This document shows, one piece after another, positions 10,549 through 20,920 of a stretch of 57,901 nt of DNA; the first letter of the stretch is position 1, and the number at the start of each line of letters is the position of its first letter. Both the position numbers and the translations under genes were made by a program. The notes beneath the pieces are model-generated. The model saw only the letters and a list, made by a program, of their open reading frames with translations. It was not told the DNA's origin and ran no database searches. The stretch comes from an uncultured Muribaculaceae bacterium (GTDB lineage Bacteria; Bacillota_I; Bacilli_A; RF39; UBA660): contig CAYQJD010000003.1 in NCBI GenBank assembly GCA_964417835.1, positions 1 through 57,901 on the forward strand. The letters are read 5' to 3'.

Positions 10549-11612
10549 TGAAAAAAAAGAAATTGTTAATTATTTCTTTATTGATATTTTTAATAATATG
10601 TATATCAGGAACAATTATATTTTTATATGAATTATCTCCTATAGATAAGAAATCAGACAAAATTATTTCTTTTAAAATTGAAACAGGATGGGGCAAAAAC
10701 AAAATAGTAGATAAGTTAGTTGAAGCTAATTTAGTAAGAAGTTCTTTATTTACTAAATTAATATTGAAATTTGATAATAGAGAGCTATATGCTGGGACAT
10801 ATAAACTTAGTAAAGATATGAGTACTAACGAAATTTTAACAATGATTTCTAATCAAGAGAATATAGAAAATGAATCTGTTTCAATAACTTTTGTTGAAGG
10901 TAAAAGATTAAGTACATATATAAAACAAATTAGTAATAATTTTGATTATACAGAAGAACAAATTAAAGAAAAATTAAATGATAAAGAATATTTAAATCAA
11001 TTAATAAATAAATATTGGTTTATTACTGATGAAATATTAAATGAAGAGATTTATTATCCATTAGAAGGATATTTATATCCTGATACATATGAATTTAAAA
11101 AAAATAGTTCAATTGAAGATATAGTAGAAAAATTTTTAAATAATATGGATAGAAAATTATCTGATTACAAAGAAGATATAAATTTAGGGACATATACCGT
11201 ACATCAATACTTGACTATGGCTAGTATTGTTGAATTAGAAGGGGTTAATAGTTCTGATAGAGCAAATGTGGCAGGAGTTTTTTATAATAGGTTAAAATCT
11301 AATATGACTTTAGGTAGTGATGTAACTACATATTATGCTGTTGATAAAAACTTTACAAGTCCACTTACACAAAAAGATTTAAATAGTTGTAATGGTTATA
11401 ATACACGCGGTACATGTGTTCAAGGATTACCTGTTGGGCCTATTTGCAACCCTAGTTTGTCAAGCATTTCTGCGAGCATTGAACCAGCTGAAAATGACTA
11501 TTATTATTTTGTAGCAGATAAGAGTAAAAAAACTTATTTTTCTAAGTCTGCTTTAGAACATGCTGAAATTGTATCTACTCTTAAAAGTGAAGGTAAATGG
11601 TATTCTTATTAG
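10548..11612 (+). CDS. mltG: Endolytic transglycosylase MltG
   Basis: N-terminal TM; LEGYLYPDTY, MASIVELE, VFYNRL, GLPVGPICNP. Confidence 0.95.
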   Translation: MKKKKLLIISLLIFLIICISGTIIFLYELSPIDKKSDKIISFKIETGWGKNKIVDKLVEANLVRSSLFTKLILKFDNRELYAGTYKLSKDMSTNEILTMISNQENIENESVSITFVEGKRLSTYIKQISNNFDYTEEQIKEKLNDKEYLNQLINKYWFITDEILNEEIYYPLEGYLYPDTYEFKKNSSIEDIVEKFLNNMDRKLSDYKEDINLGTYTVHQYLTMASIVELEGVNSSDRANVAGVFYNRLKSNMTLGSDVTTYYAVDKNFTSPLTQKDLNSCNGYNTRGTCVQGLPVGPICNPSLSSISASIEPAENDYYYFVADKSKKTYFSKSALEHAEIVSTLKSEGKWYSY

Positions 11613-11619
11613 AAAGTAG

Positions 11620-12237
11620 TTGATAATGATGAAAGAATTAATTTTAGAAATGGAACGTTATGCTAATGCAAATAATGTCCCAATAATAGAATTAGAATCT
11701 ATAAAGTTTATAATGAAGTATATTAAATTAAATAAAGTAAAAAGTATATTAGAAATAGGTACTGCAATAGGATATTCTGCTATTTTAATGGCTAATGCAA
11801 ATAATTTTTGTGAGATAACAACTATTGAGAAAGATGAAAAACGTTATAGAGAAGCAGTAAAAAATGTAAATAAGAGTGGTTTTGATAAAAGAATAGAGTT
11901 AGTATATAACGATGCTTTAGAAGTTAATTTAGCAGGGTGTAAATATGATTTGATATTTATTGATGCTGCTAAAGGGCAATATATTAAATATTTTGATAAG
12001 TTTGCTAATTATTTAAATCCTGGAGGAGTTATAATAACAGACAATTTAAAATTTCATGGTTTAGTAAAAAATAAAAATGATATTAAATCTAAAAACGTTC
12101 GAGGAATTGTAACTAAAATAGAAAAATATATAGAGTATTTAAAATCAAATAAAGAATATATTACTAAATTTTATGATATTGGAGACGGTTTGTCTGTTAG
12201 TTTTAGAAGAAATGAAAAAAGAAAAGATATTAATTAA
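11620..12237 (+). CDS. trmR: O-methyltransferase (YrrM/TrmR-like)
   Basis: ILEIGTAIGYS, DLIFIDAAKGQY; lies between mltG and U32 genes. Confidence 0.85.
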   Translation: MIMMKELILEMERYANANNVPIIELESIKFIMKYIKLNKVKSILEIGTAIGYSAILMANANNFCEITTIEKDEKRYREAVKNVNKSGFDKRIELVYNDALEVNLAGCKYDLIFIDAAKGQYIKYFDKFANYLNPGGVIITDNLKFHGLVKNKNDIKSKNVRGIVTKIEKYIEYLKSNKEYITKFYDIGDGLSVSFRRNEKRKDIN

Positions 12238-13015
12238 TATTGAAAACTTATCTGATATAGTTACTTATAAGAAAATTGGTGTAAACAATTTTCTTTTTGC
12301 TGTTGATTACTTTAGTATAGGGCTTAAATCTTTTAATTTAGATACGTTAAAGTCATTAAAAATAGATTGTAACAAAATTCTTTATATGAATAGAGTACTA
12401 AATAATGAAGATGTAGAAAAATTAAAGGGAATTAAAAATGATCTTGCATCTTTTAAATATATTATTTTTGAAGATATAGCAGTATATAATATTTTAAAAG
12501 ATACAGATATAAAACTTATTTGGAATCAGGCCCATTTTGCAACTAATTATTGTTCAATAAATTATTGGTTAGAATATGTAGATAGTGCTATCATTAGTAA
12601 TGAAATCACTAGAGAAGAAATTACTGAAATTTTGAATAAGACTAATAAACCTTTGGTTTTAAATGTTTTTGGATTAAATGGTGCAATGTATTCAAGACGC
12701 ACATTACTTACTAACTTTAATAGCAATTTTAATTTGTTAGAAAATAAAAAAGTGATATTAAAAGAAAAAATATCATGCCAAAATTTTTTAGCTATAGAAA
12801 ATAAATTTGGAACAATTTTATTTAATAATGAATTTTTTAATATTGCTAATTATTTACAATATTTTGATGATAAAAAGATATTATTTTATTTATTATTTCC
12901 TTTTAATAGAAATGTAAATGAAATAATAAAATATATTCAAAATTATGAAATAGACAATGCTAATGAAGGTTTTATGAATAAAAAAACATTTTACAAATTG
13001 GGGGATTTCAAATGA
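12212..13015 (+). CDS. Divergent U32 family protein (YrrN/TrhP2-like)
   Basis: MYSRRTLLTN motif; synteny with the downstream U32 gene. Confidence 0.7.
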   Translation: MKKEKILINIENLSDIVTYKKIGVNNFLFAVDYFSIGLKSFNLDTLKSLKIDCNKILYMNRVLNNEDVEKLKGIKNDLASFKYIIFEDIAVYNILKDTDIKLIWNQAHFATNYCSINYWLEYVDSAIISNEITREEITEILNKTNKPLVLNVFGLNGAMYSRRTLLTNFNSNFNLLENKKVILKEKISCQNFLAIENKFGTILFNNEFFNIANYLQYFDDKKILFYLLFPFNRNVNEIIKYIQNYEIDNANEGFMNKKTFYKLGDFK

Positions 13016-14205
13016 TAGAATTATTAAGCCCTGCTGGAGATTTTGAAAAACTAAAATTTGCTTTTTTATATGGAGCTGATGCAGTATATTTAGGTGGAGA
13101 AAAATACTCCATGAGAGCTAATGCAAAAAATTTCAGCAATGAGGAATTAAAAAAAGCCGTTGAATATACACATGATTTAAATAAAAAAATATATGTTACT
13201 GTAAATATAGTACTTCATAATGAAGAATTAGATGGTTTAAAAGAATATCTAATATTTTTAGATAGTATAAATGTTGATGGTATTATTGCAAGTGACATTA
13301 CAGTTATTAAATTAATTAAAGAGCTTAAATTGAAATGTGAATTACATGTGAGTACCCAAGCTAGTATTTCAAATTACGAATCGGCATTATTTTATAAAGA
13401 TCTAGGTGCGCAAAGGTTAGTTTTAGCAAGAGAATGTAGTAAAAAAGATATAAAAAAAATAAAAGAAAAAACTCAATTAAATTTAGAATGTTTTATACAT
13501 GGAGCTATGTGTACTAGTATAAGTGGTAGATGTGTTCTTTCGAATTATTGTACAAATAGAGATTCTAATAGAGGTGGTTGTGCTCAAATTTGTAGATGGG
13601 AATTTGATTATTGTAATATGAATAATGAATTAATAACGAATATACCATTTAGTATGACACCGAAAGATTTAAATATGGTTCCTTATATTAAAGATATGAT
13701 AGAAATTGGGGTAAATTCTTTTAAGATAGAAGGAAGAATGAGAAGTATATATTATATTGCAACAGTTATATTAACTTATAGAAGATTAATAGATAAAATT
13801 GTAAATAATTCACTAACTTCAACATATACTAAATATTGTCTGAATATTTTAAACAGATGTGCCAATAGAGAATCAACGCCACAATTTTTTGATAAATTAC
13901 CTGGTGTTTCTGAACAATATTATTTAGGAAGACAGGAAATAAGTAACCAGGATTTTCTGGGAGTTGTGACTGATTACAAAGATGGTTTTGCTATAATAGA
14001 ACAAAGAAATTATTTTGAAGAATCTATGGAAGTTCAATTTTTTGGCCCTAATATAGATACTTTTAACTATGTTTTAAAAGAGATTTATGATGAAGATAAT
14101 AATAGAATTAGTGTTGCGAGACACCCTAGAATGATAGTTAAAATAAGGATAGAAAAGCCGCTATATAAATATGACATGATGAGAATTAAAGTGTTTGACA
14201 ATTAG
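13012..14205 (+). CDS. U32 family tRNA hydroxylation protein (YrrO/TrhP1-like)
   Basis: ELLSPAG, HGAMCTSISGRC, NRGGCAQICR, KIEGRM. Confidence 0.93.
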   Translation: MIELLSPAGDFEKLKFAFLYGADAVYLGGEKYSMRANAKNFSNEELKKAVEYTHDLNKKIYVTVNIVLHNEELDGLKEYLIFLDSINVDGIIASDITVIKLIKELKLKCELHVSTQASISNYESALFYKDLGAQRLVLARECSKKDIKKIKEKTQLNLECFIHGAMCTSISGRCVLSNYCTNRDSNRGGCAQICRWEFDYCNMNNELITNIPFSMTPKDLNMVPYIKDMIEIGVNSFKIEGRMRSIYYIATVILTYRRLIDKIVNNSLTSTYTKYCLNILNRCANRESTPQFFDKLPGVSEQYYLGRQEISNQDFLGVVTDYKDGFAIIEQRNYFEESMEVQFFGPNIDTFNYVLKEIYDEDNNRISVARHPRMIVKIRIEKPLYKYDMMRIKVFDN

Positions 14206-14223
14206 AGTAATTTGTAGTATGCT
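14195..14223 (+). promoter_or_regulatory. sigmaA-type promoter of greA
   Basis: TTGACA-17 nt-TATGCT. Confidence 0.6.
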
Positions 14224-14263
14224 TATGACTAATATGAAATAGACAGATTGAAAGGTGATTAAG

Positions 14264-14734
14264 ATGAGACAAAAAAAAGAATTTTTACTTACTAGTGAAG
14301 GGTTCTTAGAACTTGAAACTGAGTTGAATAATTTAAAAACTACAGAAAGGCCAAGAATAATTGAAGCTATAAAAGAAGCTAGAGCGCAAGGCGATTTATC
14401 TGAAAATGCTGACTATGATGCTGCAAGAGATGAACAAGCAAAAATAGAAGCAAGAATTACTGAACTTGAATATATGTTAGAACATGCAAAAATAATAGAA
14501 AAAGCTAAAGGAGATAGAGTCGATATTGGAACAACTGTAACTGTTCAATATGTTGAAGACGAAGACGAAGAAATTTATTCAATAGTTGGTTCTATGGAAG
14601 CAGATCCATTTGAAAATAAAATATCAAATGAATCACCAATAGGAAAAGCTATAATGGATAAAAAAGTTGGAGATATCATAAGTGTTGATACTCCGAATGG
14701 AATTTGTAATATAAAAATAGTTAAAATTGCTTAA
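14264..14734 (+). CDS. greA: Transcription elongation factor GreA
   Basis: ARAQGDLSENADYDAA, ISNESPIGKA. Confidence 0.97.
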   Translation: MRQKKEFLLTSEGFLELETELNNLKTTERPRIIEAIKEARAQGDLSENADYDAARDEQAKIEARITELEYMLEHAKIIEKAKGDRVDIGTTVTVQYVEDEDEEIYSIVGSMEADPFENKISNESPIGKAIMDKKVGDIISVDTPNGICNIKIVKIA

Positions 14735-14771
14735 CTATTTTTTTTTAGCATATAATTTATTGGTGAATTCT

Positions 14772-15011
14772 ATGCTAGAAATATTTAAGAATTATTTGAA
14801 AAAAGAAGAATATTATATAATTATTTATTCAAATTATATTTATATATATAATTATTTAGAAATAATGAAATTTACAGAAACTTATATAAGTTTAAAATTG
14901 GCAAAATTAAAAATAAATATAAAAGGACAAGATTTATTAATAACTAAATTAGAAAAAAAAGAATTGTTAATAAAAGGGTTAATAAAAGAGGTGGAAAAAG
15001 TTTATGAATAA
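14772..15011 (+). CDS. yqfC: YabP/YqfC family sporulation protein
   Basis: IKGQDLLITKL...LLIKG.I pattern; directly upstream of yqfD. Confidence 0.75.
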   Translation: MLEIFKNYLKKEEYYIIIYSNYIYIYNYLEIMKFTETYISLKLAKLKINIKGQDLLITKLEKKELLIKGLIKEVEKVYE

Positions 15012-16101
15012 ATTTGTCCTGATTAAAGTTAAAAATAATATTAAAAGATTTATCAATAAATGTAATGAAAGAAAAATAGAACTTTATTATGTTAACTATA
15101 TTAATAAAGATGAAATTATAGTTAAAATTAAAAAAGAAGATTATAAAAATATAAAGATATTTAATTACTACTGTGAAATAGATATTTATAAGAGTTTAGG
15201 AAGTGATTCAATAAAAGAAAAAATTTTTAAATTAAAGTATTTTATTTTAACTTTTATTATTTGTTTATTACTTATGTATATTTCTTCTAATGTTATATTA
15301 AAAGTTTCTGTAATACATTCCAATATAAAAATAAGAGAGCTTCTATTAAGTGAATTAGAAGATAATGGTATAAAAAAATATAGTATAAAAAAAGATTTTA
15401 TTGAACTAGAAAATATAAAGAATAAAATATTAGATAATAATAAAGATAAGTTAGAATGGATAAGTATAGAAAGTATAGGAATGACTTATGTAATTAGAGT
15501 GGAAGAAAGGATTTTGGATAATATTACTGATAAAGATGCATACTGCAATATTATTTCTAATAAAGATGCTTTGATTACAAAAATATATAGTGATAGTGGA
15601 GAAATATTAATAAATGTAAATGATTTTGTTCATAAAAATGATATTTTAATAAGTGGAGATATTAAATTAAATGATGGAATAATGGGATCAACTTGTGCAA
15701 ATGGAGAAGTTTATGGACATGTTTGGTATGAAACTAATGTTACTTTAAAACGTAACTATCAAAAGAAAGTTTATACTGGTAGGAAGAGATTAAATTTTAC
15801 TTTTAATCACAAAATATTAAGAAATAATAAATATGAGAATTATGATAAAGATTATATAATAAAAAATAGATTTTTTACAATATATAAAGAAAAGGAATAT
15901 AAATTAGAAAATAAGCTTTATACTGAAGAAGAAAGTTTAGAAAAAGCACTATTAAATATAGATAATAAATTTAAAAGTAAATTAAATGGCAAAGGAAATA
16001 TCATATCTAAAAAAGTTTTGAAAAAAGATATAAATAATAGTACAATATATTTAGAAGTATTTGTTGTAACCGAAGAATTAATTAGTGAAATAATAAAATA
16101 G
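15004..16101 (+). CDS. yqfD: Sporulation protein YqfD (SpoIV)
   Basis: Single TM; W.SIE..G....IRVEE; ISGD; GEVYGHVWY. Confidence 0.87.
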   Translation: MNKFVLIKVKNNIKRFINKCNERKIELYYVNYINKDEIIVKIKKEDYKNIKIFNYYCEIDIYKSLGSDSIKEKIFKLKYFILTFIICLLLMYISSNVILKVSVIHSNIKIRELLLSELEDNGIKKYSIKKDFIELENIKNKILDNNKDKLEWISIESIGMTYVIRVEERILDNITDKDAYCNIISNKDALITKIYSDSGEILINVNDFVHKNDILISGDIKLNDGIMGSTCANGEVYGHVWYETNVTLKRNYQKKVYTGRKRLNFTFNHKILRNNKYENYDKDYIIKNRFFTIYKEKEYKLENKLYTEEESLEKALLNIDNKFKSKLNGKGNIISKKVLKKDINNSTIYLEVFVVTEELISEIIK

Positions 16102-16115
16102 ATTGTGGTGAATAT

Positions 16116-16715
16116 ATGATACCTAATGAAATTAATATAGTATTAAAAGAAATTTGGCCTATGATATTATTATTTATAGTAGTTTTAGCAACCATTAAAA
16201 TAGCTGATACTATAATAAATAAGAAGAAATTTATTTTTTATAAAGAATTATATATGTTAGTAATTATATTATATATGTTTTTATTATTTGAATTAGTTAC
16301 AAGTACAGATTTTGAAAGTTATTCTAATAATTTTGTTCCATTTAAAGAAATATTAAGATATAACTTTACAAGTAGCTTATTTTATAAAAATGTTTTAGGT
16401 AATGTTTTATTATTTGTACCATTTGGATATTTTGTAAGTAGTATTTTAAAAACTAAAAAAATTTATATAACAACTTTAATCACTTTTATTACTTCTATTA
16501 GTATAGAAATTATACAAATGAATATAGGAAGAAGTTTTGATATAGATGATATCATGTTAAATTTATGTGGAGGAATATTAGGATATTTAATTTATAAATT
16601 AATAAAAAAACTCGAATTAATTATTCCAGATTTTTTAAAAAAAGAATGGATTTATAATTTGTTATGGATTATACTCTTAATTGGAGTATTTTGTCTATTT
16701 AAATATTGGTTGTGA
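16116..16715 (+). CDS. VanZ family membrane protein
   Basis: NFVPFKEI, GNVLLFVPFG, EIIQ...GRSFDIDDIMLN..GG. Confidence 0.9.
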   Translation: MIPNEINIVLKEIWPMILLFIVVLATIKIADTIINKKKFIFYKELYMLVIILYMFLLFELVTSTDFESYSNNFVPFKEILRYNFTSSLFYKNVLGNVLLFVPFGYFVSSILKTKKIYITTLITFITSISIEIIQMNIGRSFDIDDIMLNLCGGILGYLIYKLIKKLELIIPDFLKKEWIYNLLWIILLIGVFCLFKYWL

Positions 16716-16725
16716 GGTGGAATTA

Positions 16726-17166
16726 ATGGAAACTGATTATGAAATAATAGATAATTATGGATATAGTAATTATGAATATTTAGATGAGTTATTACAATAT
16801 GCTATAAAAAAATTGAATATAAAATCTAGTATCTTTGATATTATTTTCATTGATGATGAAGCAATGCATAAATTGAATAAGGAATATAGAGGTGTTGATA
16901 GATCTACTGATGTATTATCATTTGCACTTAATGATAATTTACGTGTTAATACTGTTATTAATTCTTTAGGAGATATATTTATATCTATTCCTAAGATGAA
17001 AGAGCAGGCCAAAGAATATGAACATTCTGAAAGAAGAGAGCTTTCATTTTTAGTATTACATGGGCTTTTACATTTATTAGGATATGATCACATGAAAGAA
17101 GAAGATGAAAAAACAATGTTTGCATTACAAAGAGAAATTTTAGATGAATTAAATATAAAAGGGTGA
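16726..17166 (+). CDS. ybeY: rRNA maturation endoribonuclease YbeY
   Basis: TDVLSF, LGDIFIS, HGLLHLLGYDH. Confidence 0.96.
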   Translation: METDYEIIDNYGYSNYEYLDELLQYAIKKLNIKSSIFDIIFIDDEAMHKLNKEYRGVDRSTDVLSFALNDNLRVNTVINSLGDIFISIPKMKEQAKEYEHSERRELSFLVLHGLLHLLGYDHMKEEDEKTMFALQREILDELNIKG

Positions 17167-17171
17167 TAAAT

Positions 17172-17567
17172 ATGTTTGAAAAATTAGAAAAATTAATTAT
17201 AAATAGTTATTCATTATTTAGCAACTTTAAAGTGGCTTGTATTATTGAAATGAAAGATGGGACATTATTTGAAGGAGTTAATATTGAGAATCCATCATTT
17301 AAAGATGGATTATGTGCTGAACAAGTTGCTATTGGAAGTGCAGTAGCATCTGGTTATAAAAAGCATGATTTTGAAAAAATATATTTATTAGGTGAAGTTA
17401 ATTATTCTATAACCCCTTGTTTTTTATGCAGACAAATTATATTAGAATTTTTTGATACAGATAAAGAATTAGTATCTTATGATAATCTTGGAAAAGAAAA
17501 AATATATAAAATTAAAGATTTATGTCCACACGAATTTTCAGAAAGGGATTTAGCTAATGATAAGTGA
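17172..17567 (+). CDS. cdd: Cytidine deaminase
   Basis: GVNIEN, CAE and PCFLCRQ zinc motifs intact. Confidence 0.92.
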   Translation: MFEKLEKLIINSYSLFSNFKVACIIEMKDGTLFEGVNIENPSFKDGLCAEQVAIGSAVASGYKKHDFEKIYLLGEVNYSITPCFLCRQIILEFFDTDKELVSYDNLGKEKIYKIKDLCPHEFSERDLANDK

Positions 17568-17925
17568 TTTAAAAAAATTATTAAATAATTCTTATGCTCC
17601 ATATGATAAAATAAAATTTGCTTCCATAGTTTTAATGAAAGATGGAAGCAAATTTAAAGGAGTAACTGTAAAGAATGCTATATTTAGAGATGGTATATAT
17701 GCAGAACAAATCGCTATTGCGAGTGCAGTAACCAAAGGTTATAAATATGGGGATTTTGAAAAAATTTATATAATGGTTGGGACTAATGATATTAGAGATT
17801 TAAGATATTTAAATAGAAATATGATAACTGAATTTTTTGAACCAGAAAAGAGTGTTATATTATATACTATAGATGAAACTAATAGAGTTTTAAAAGTAGG
17901 CAATTTATACAACAACATTTATTAG
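17557..17925 (+). CDS. Cytidine deaminase-like paralogue lacking zinc ligands
   Basis: NSYAPY...MKDG..FKGV; YAEQIAI replaces CAE; no PCxxC. Confidence 0.8.
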   Translation: MISDLKKLLNNSYAPYDKIKFASIVLMKDGSKFKGVTVKNAIFRDGIYAEQIAIASAVTKGYKYGDFEKIYIMVGTNDIRDLRYLNRNMITEFFEPEKSVILYTIDETNRVLKVGNLYNNIY

Positions 17926-17935
17926 GAGGTAGTTT

Positions 17936-18820
17936 ATGAAAAGTGGTTTTGTAAGTATTATAGGAAGACCTAACACTGGCAAGAGTACGTTATTAAATAC
18001 TTTAATAAATAATAAAGTTGCTATTGTTAGTAATATTGCTGGCACTACAAGAAATAGTATACATGGCGTTTACAATGATAATGATTCACAAATCGTTTTT
18101 GTAGATACTCCAGGGATTCATAAACCAATTGATAAATTAGGTAAAGAATTAAACAAAGAAGCATATAGTGCATTAGAAGATGTTGATGTTATACTTTTTA
18201 TTACTGATGCTAGTGAAAAAATTGGTGGTGGAGATAAATTTATATTAAATGCTTTAAGAAATAACCGTTTACCAGTAATATTAATTTTAAATAAAATAGA
18301 TAAAATAAATAATGAAGAAATAATGAATGCTATATTGAATTATAAAGATTTATATGATTTTGCTGAAATAGTGCCTATATCAGCATTAAAAAAGGATAAT
18401 ATAAATAGATTACTAACTATTTTAAAACAATATATTCATGATGATGTGAAATATTATGATAATGAAGTTATAACAAATGTTAATAGTAGTTTTATAGCAA
18501 GTGAATTTGTTAGAGAAAAAATATTGGAATTAACAAGGGATGAAGTTCCTCATGAAATAACTTGTATTACAACTAATTTTATAGAAAAAAGTAATATACT
18601 TAATATAAGTGTAGATATTATTGTTAGTAGGGATTCTTTAAAAAAAATAATTATAGGACATCATGGAAATATGTTAAAAGAAATCGGTTCAAGAGCTAGA
18701 GTAGATTTAGAAAATAAATTTGGTAAACAAGTATATTTAGAATTATTTGTAAAGACAATTGATAATTGGCGTGATAAAGAAACCTATTTAAAAGAATTTG
18801 GATTTAAATATGAAAAATAA
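17936..18820 (+). CDS. era: GTPase Era
   Basis: GRPNTGKST, DTPG, NKID, KH domain. Confidence 0.97.
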   Translation: MKSGFVSIIGRPNTGKSTLLNTLINNKVAIVSNIAGTTRNSIHGVYNDNDSQIVFVDTPGIHKPIDKLGKELNKEAYSALEDVDVILFITDASEKIGGGDKFILNALRNNRLPVILILNKIDKINNEEIMNAILNYKDLYDFAEIVPISALKKDNINRLLTILKQYIHDDVKYYDNEVITNVNSSFIASEFVREKILELTRDEVPHEITCITTNFIEKSNILNISVDIIVSRDSLKKIIIGHHGNMLKEIGSRARVDLENKFGKQVYLELFVKTIDNWRDKETYLKEFGFKYEK

Positions 18821-19619
18821 TCATAATATAGAATATTTAAAATTTTATATAGATTCTAAATGTAATGATAAAAAAATTGAAGAATTTATAAAAACAAAAA
18901 ATATAACATTAGATGAATTTTATCACGTAATAAATAATTGTATAGATTATTTAAAAAAAGAATCTATACATAATGGAAAAATAAATAAAGTATATCTAGA
19001 ATATTGTTTGAAATATAATGATTTACATAAAGAAGAAGAAAGAACTACAAAAATAAAAGAAAAAGAAAAAATAATAAATATAATTAAAAATTATATAAGT
19101 GATGGTTCACATAATATAAAAGAATATGTTAGTAATAATAATTTAAAATATTCAGACTTCAAAAGATTTATTAATAATTCTAAAAAATACTTTTTAACTG
19201 ATAAAGAAAAACAAATATTAAAACAATTTTTAAAAATTGAAAATGATTTTAATAAAGATAATATTGATAAAGTAAAATATGTAATTAATAAGATTAGTGA
19301 AGATTTAGTTAATGATAGACCATATAATATTTATAATTATTATATTGATTTAGGGTGGGACTATAAATTATTAATATTTTATTTGAACAATAATAAAGAT
19401 CTTTTTTCCAATTTTGTCATAGATAATGTAAAAATATACTTTAAAAAATATCATATAGATGATAAAGAAATAAAACATAGTGAATTTATTGATTATATAA
19501 AAAAAGAAAATCCAGAATTAAAACAAAATGATATAGATAATATAATAAACAAAATGAATAAGTTAAATATGCCTAATAATTATTATTTATTTAATACTAT
19601 TTTAAATAGAAGTGAATAA
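18810..19619 (+). CDS. Hypothetical protein with internal helical repeat
   Basis: Long open ORF in operon context; two similar segments (IEEFIKTKNITLDEF / IKEYVSNNNLKYSDF). Confidence 0.65.
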   Translation: MKNNHNIEYLKFYIDSKCNDKKIEEFIKTKNITLDEFYHVINNCIDYLKKESIHNGKINKVYLEYCLKYNDLHKEEERTTKIKEKEKIINIIKNYISDGSHNIKEYVSNNNLKYSDFKRFINNSKKYFLTDKEKQILKQFLKIENDFNKDNIDKVKYVINKISEDLVNDRPYNIYNYYIDLGWDYKLLIFYLNNNKDLFSNFVIDNVKIYFKKYHIDDKEIKHSEFIDYIKKENPELKQNDIDNIINKMNKLNMPNNYYLFNTILNRSE

Positions 19620-19666
19620 AATTTTAAAATTAAATCCAATATATTTATAGAAAGGGTTGGATTATA

Positions 19667-19744
19667 ATGGAAAAAAAAGAATTATGGGAGTTATTTAAAA
19701 AAACAGGAAAGATAGAATATTACCTAGAATATAAAAAGAAGTGA
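19667..19744 (+). CDS. yqzL: YqzL-like small protein (25 aa; not in ORF track)
   Basis: MEKKELWELFKKTGKIEYYLEYKKK matches the W..F..TG.I..YL.YK pattern; RBS AAAGGG; stop overlaps the recO GTG start. Confidence 0.8.
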   Translation: MEKKELWELFKKTGKIEYYLEYKKK

Positions 19745-20481
19745 TTAAAATAACAAGAGAAATAGAAGGATTTATATTAAATGAAGTTCCTTATGGAGAT
19801 ACATCAAAAATAATAAATATATTTACAAGACAAGGTATTATTGGTTGTATTGCTAAAGGCGCTAAGAGTTTAAAAAGTAAATTAAGAAGTGGGACTATCA
19901 AATTTACTTATGGTAAATTTCTAATAGATATAAAGGAAAATAAACTTAGTTTATTAAGAGAAGCAAAAACTACGAATGAACTTATACATATTAGATCTGA
20001 TCTTACTAAAATTAGTTATTTAAGTTATTTAGTAGAACTTACAAATCAAATATTAAAACAAACTAATGATTTTAATTGCTTATTTGAAAATTTCATAAAC
20101 ACAGTATTGAAAATAGAAGATAATTTAAATCCAAAAGTATTAACTAATATTTTTGAGATTAAAGCCTTAGATTTTTTAGGAGTTGGAATAAATTTTGATT
20201 GTTGTGCAAAATGTGGAGCGAAAAAAAATATCATAACAATTGATGGAGATATAGGTGGATATGTTTGTAAAAATTGTTATACAAATGAAACTATATATGA
20301 TGAAAAAACTATAAAAATGTTAAGAATCTATTATCTAATAGATATTAAAAGTATAAAAGAATTAAAAATTAAAGAATACATTATAAATAATATTGATAGA
20401 TTTATAAACATTTATTATGATAGATATACAGGACTTTATTTATATAGCAAGAAGTTTTTAAATGAAATTATAGAAATATAA
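19741..20481 (+). CDS. recO: DNA repair protein RecO
   Basis: YGDTSKII, IAKGAKS.KSKL, C..C...C..C zinc motif. Confidence 0.94.
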   Translation: MIKITREIEGFILNEVPYGDTSKIINIFTRQGIIGCIAKGAKSLKSKLRSGTIKFTYGKFLIDIKENKLSLLREAKTTNELIHIRSDLTKISYLSYLVELTNQILKQTNDFNCLFENFINTVLKIEDNLNPKVLTNIFEIKALDFLGVGINFDCCAKCGAKKNIITIDGDIGGYVCKNCYTNETIYDEKTIKMLRIYYLIDIKSIKELKIKEYIINNIDRFINIYYDRYTGLYLYSKKFLNEIIEI

Positions 20482-20503
20482 GCAAGTATTACTTGTTTTT
20501 TTT
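20480..20503 (+). terminator. Intrinsic terminator after recO
   Basis: AAGCAAGT-ATT-ACTTGTTT followed by T run. Confidence 0.65.
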
Positions 20504-20608
20504 AGTGATTATCTATATTGATTTAAATTCTACTCAATTATACCAATTCCAGATTTTATAATTACTATATTAGAAAGATTTTGTTTTGAACATAAACTAT
20601 CAGATTTT

Positions 20609-20843
20609 TTGCTTACTGGAAACAGTAAGTTTATTGAAACAAGAACGTATTTTAATAAATACAAAAAAATATTAAAAAGTATAAATTTACTTGCAACAAG
20701 ATGTATTGAAAATAGTTATGATCCAAAGACACTAAGTGAAATTTTAGAGCATTCTAGTGTTAAAATTACATTAGAAAGATATGTCATCTAAATTACGAAA
20801 ATAAGGTAAAAATGATTAATCAATTAAAACCTTTATATGTATA
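20609..20843 (+). pseudogene. Tyrosine recombinase (phage integrase family) C-terminal remnant
   Basis: ATRCIENSYDPKTLSEILEHSSVKITLERYV matches the box II/catalytic Tyr region (LGH...T..Y); HxxRH deleted; premature stop at 20789-20791. Confidence 0.8.
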
Positions 20844-20920
20844 AAGACCATCGATAAATTATGTTATATCAAGGGTTTCTTTTGGTAGATATTTTAACTT
20901 TAACTGCAAGTTATATATTA

